Position numbers and translations under genes: made by a program
From: Fimbriimonadales bacterium
GTDB lineage: Bacteria > Armatimonadota > Fimbriimonadia > Fimbriimonadales > Fimbriimonadaceae
Assembly: GCA_038202925.1 (NCBI GenBank)
Contig: JBBREM010000001.1
Location: 3,509 to 67,508, forward strand
DNA: 64,000 nucleotides
Direction of reading: 5' to 3'
In this document: positions 62,727 through 64,000 of the stretch, one piece after another
How the letters are laid out: every line of letters starts with the position of its first letter
Numbering within the stretch: position 1 is the first letter of the stretch
The notes under the pieces: model-generated
What the model saw: only the letters and a program-made list of their open reading frames with translations
Told to the model about the DNA's origin: nothing
Databases searched by the model: none

Positions 62727-63896
62727 ATGAACCTCGTTCTTGGCGTGTCCGGGAGCGTCGCCGCGTATCGGGCGGCTGATCTGGCTCGTGAGCTGATGCG
62801 GCAGGGATTTACAGTTCGGGTGTGCCTCACCGACGCCGCGCAGAACTTCGTTACGCCGGCACTCTTTGCAGTTCTCACGGGGCAGCCGTGCCTTGTGGAC
62901 ACGTTCGAAGAGCCGGAGACGGGGCGCATGGCGCATATCGACTGGGCGCGGAAGGCCGATTTGATTCTCATCGCTCCCGCGACCGCGAATACGATCGCCA
63001 AGATCGCGCAGGGCATCGGCGACGACATGCTATCCACGATTTGCCTGGCGAGCGAGGCGCCTCTTGTGGTCGCGCCGGCGATGAACCCGCACATGTACGC
63101 GAGCGACGCCGCTCAGGAGGCTTTGCAGAAGTTGAAATCACGGGCGGCTCTTGTTGTCGAGCCAGCCGAGGGCGACGTGGCCTGCGGCGAGCAGGGGCAG
63201 GGGAAGCTGGCGTCGGTTGCCCATATTGTGGAGGCGGTTCTTACCGTTCAGAAGCGGTCCAAGAAGCTTGAGGGCAAGACGGTTTTGATCACGAGCGGAC
63301 CCACCCAAGAGGCGATCGACGATGTGCGATTCCTTAGCAATCGATCGAGTGGGAAGATGGGTGCCGCGCTGGCGCGGGCGGCGCTGCTGATGGGGGCTTC
63401 GCGGGTGGTTGTGGTCAGCGGACCAACCGCGGTTGCCTATCCGCTCGGTGCTGAGGTCTTGCGGGTGACGAGCGCCGAGCAGATGCTGAAGTGCGCTCTG
63501 CCGCTTGCTTCCGCCGCGGATTTGATTGTGGGGGCGGCGGCGGTTGCTGACAATCGCCCGGCGCATCGGGAGGACGGCAAGCTACGCCGGTCGGCGGAGC
63601 CTCTTTCGCTCAAACTGGTGCCGAATCCCGACGTGATCGCCGAGCTTGCGAAGGTGGCCAAGGGGCTTGTGATCGGATTCGCGGCCGAGCCATCGGCTGA
63701 TCTTGCCGCAGCGCGGGAGAAGGTCGTAAAGAAGGGGCTTCACGCGATCGCGGTGAACGATGTAAGCCGGGACGGGATTGGCTTCGACGCGGAAGAGAAC
63801 GAGTTGACGTTGATCCGAAAGGACGGGACTACGGCCTCGAGCGGGCGGCAAAGCAAGCTGGCCTGCGCACTTTGGCTTCTATCTCATCTCCCATAA
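62727..63896 (+). CDS. coaBC: bifunctional phosphopantothenoylcysteine decarboxylase / phosphopantothenate-cysteine ligase
   Basis: N-terminal flavoprotein domain (LVLGVSGSVAAYRAADLAREL, PAMNPHMY) and C-terminal CoaB domain (ITSGPTQEAIDDVRFLSNRSSGKMG). ATG 62715 is an alternative start. Confidence 0.9.
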   Translation: MNLVLGVSGSVAAYRAADLARELMRQGFTVRVCLTDAAQNFVTPALFAVLTGQPCLVDTFEEPETGRMAHIDWARKADLILIAPATANTIAKIAQGIGDDMLSTICLASEAPLVVAPAMNPHMYASDAAQEALQKLKSRAALVVEPAEGDVACGEQGQGKLASVAHIVEAVLTVQKRSKKLEGKTVLITSGPTQEAIDDVRFLSNRSSGKMGAALARAALLMGASRVVVVSGPTAVAYPLGAEVLRVTSAEQMLKCALPLASAADLIVGAAAVADNRPAHREDGKLRRSAEPLSLKLVPNPDVIAELAKVAKGLVIGFAAEPSADLAAAREKVVKKGLHAIAVNDVSRDGIGFDAEENELTLIRKDGTTASSGRQSKLACALWLLSHLP

Positions 63897-63970
63897 CGAG
63901 CTGGGTCAAAGAAAGTCTGAGCCGCTACCAGAAACGCCGGCACAAGTAGAACAGAGGCGCGAAGCGCCTG

Positions 63971-63992
63971 AGGGGCAAGGCGTGCCTTGCCC
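63971..63992. repeat. family E palindrome arm (AGGGGCAAGGCGTGCCTTGCCC) at the window edge
   Basis: The same 22-mer as the left arm at 15665; the element may continue beyond the window. Confidence 0.6.
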
Positions 63993-64000
63993 GCGATCGG

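Overview
GC-rich (by eye) chromosomal segment, densely coding on both strands and mostly housekeeping. Gene content: RNase Y, RecX, CsaB plus a DUF5693-like partner, a SpoIIM-like protein and futalosine MqnA, together with Kdo transferase WaaA, RpoN, a PEP-CTERM protein, DUF1501 and DUF4331. This suggests a non-proteobacterial diderm, but that is inference only; no search was run. Main blocks: (1) PGI/PMI, sigma-70, WaaA and a decayed NarL-type two-component system; (2) tRNA-His, tRNA-Ser, rpoN, csaB, rhomboid, PepF, a K+ channel, a DinG-like helicase, valS, GT2, a methyltransferase, mqnA and tRNA-Ala; (3) a tightly coupled eight-gene his operon (hisIGDCBHFA, minus strand) preceded by what reads as a His-codon leader peptide plus terminator attenuator; (4) DUF4331 plus a TPR protein, and a mannoside/lyxose-type sugar cluster (Gfo/Idh/MocA, class I aldolase, D-lyxose isomerase, GH38 mannosidase); (5) a KaiC-like ATPase with a coupled unknown partner, a di-heme cytochrome c gene and a leftover KaiC 3' fragment; (6) a visibly lower-GC accessory patch (about 51.9-55.8 kb) with a C5 methyltransferase plus GIY-YIG protein pair, a methylase remnant, four 42-bp tandem repeats, an unknown FN3-tailed protein and a collagen-like mini-protein; (7) a PEP-CTERM protein, PAS histidine kinase, DUF4434, recX, rny and coaBC. 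Intergenic DNA is saturated with several dispersed repeat families: MITE-like elements with TTGTCATCCTGGAA inverted ends, GTCATCC(T/C)GAGC-type arms, a double-hairpin unit, GC palindromes and heptanucleotide tandem arrays. These repeats extend many ORF-track starts artificially. No CRISPR array, rRNA or intact transposase was seen. All functional calls come from motif recognition in the supplied translations, not from database searches.
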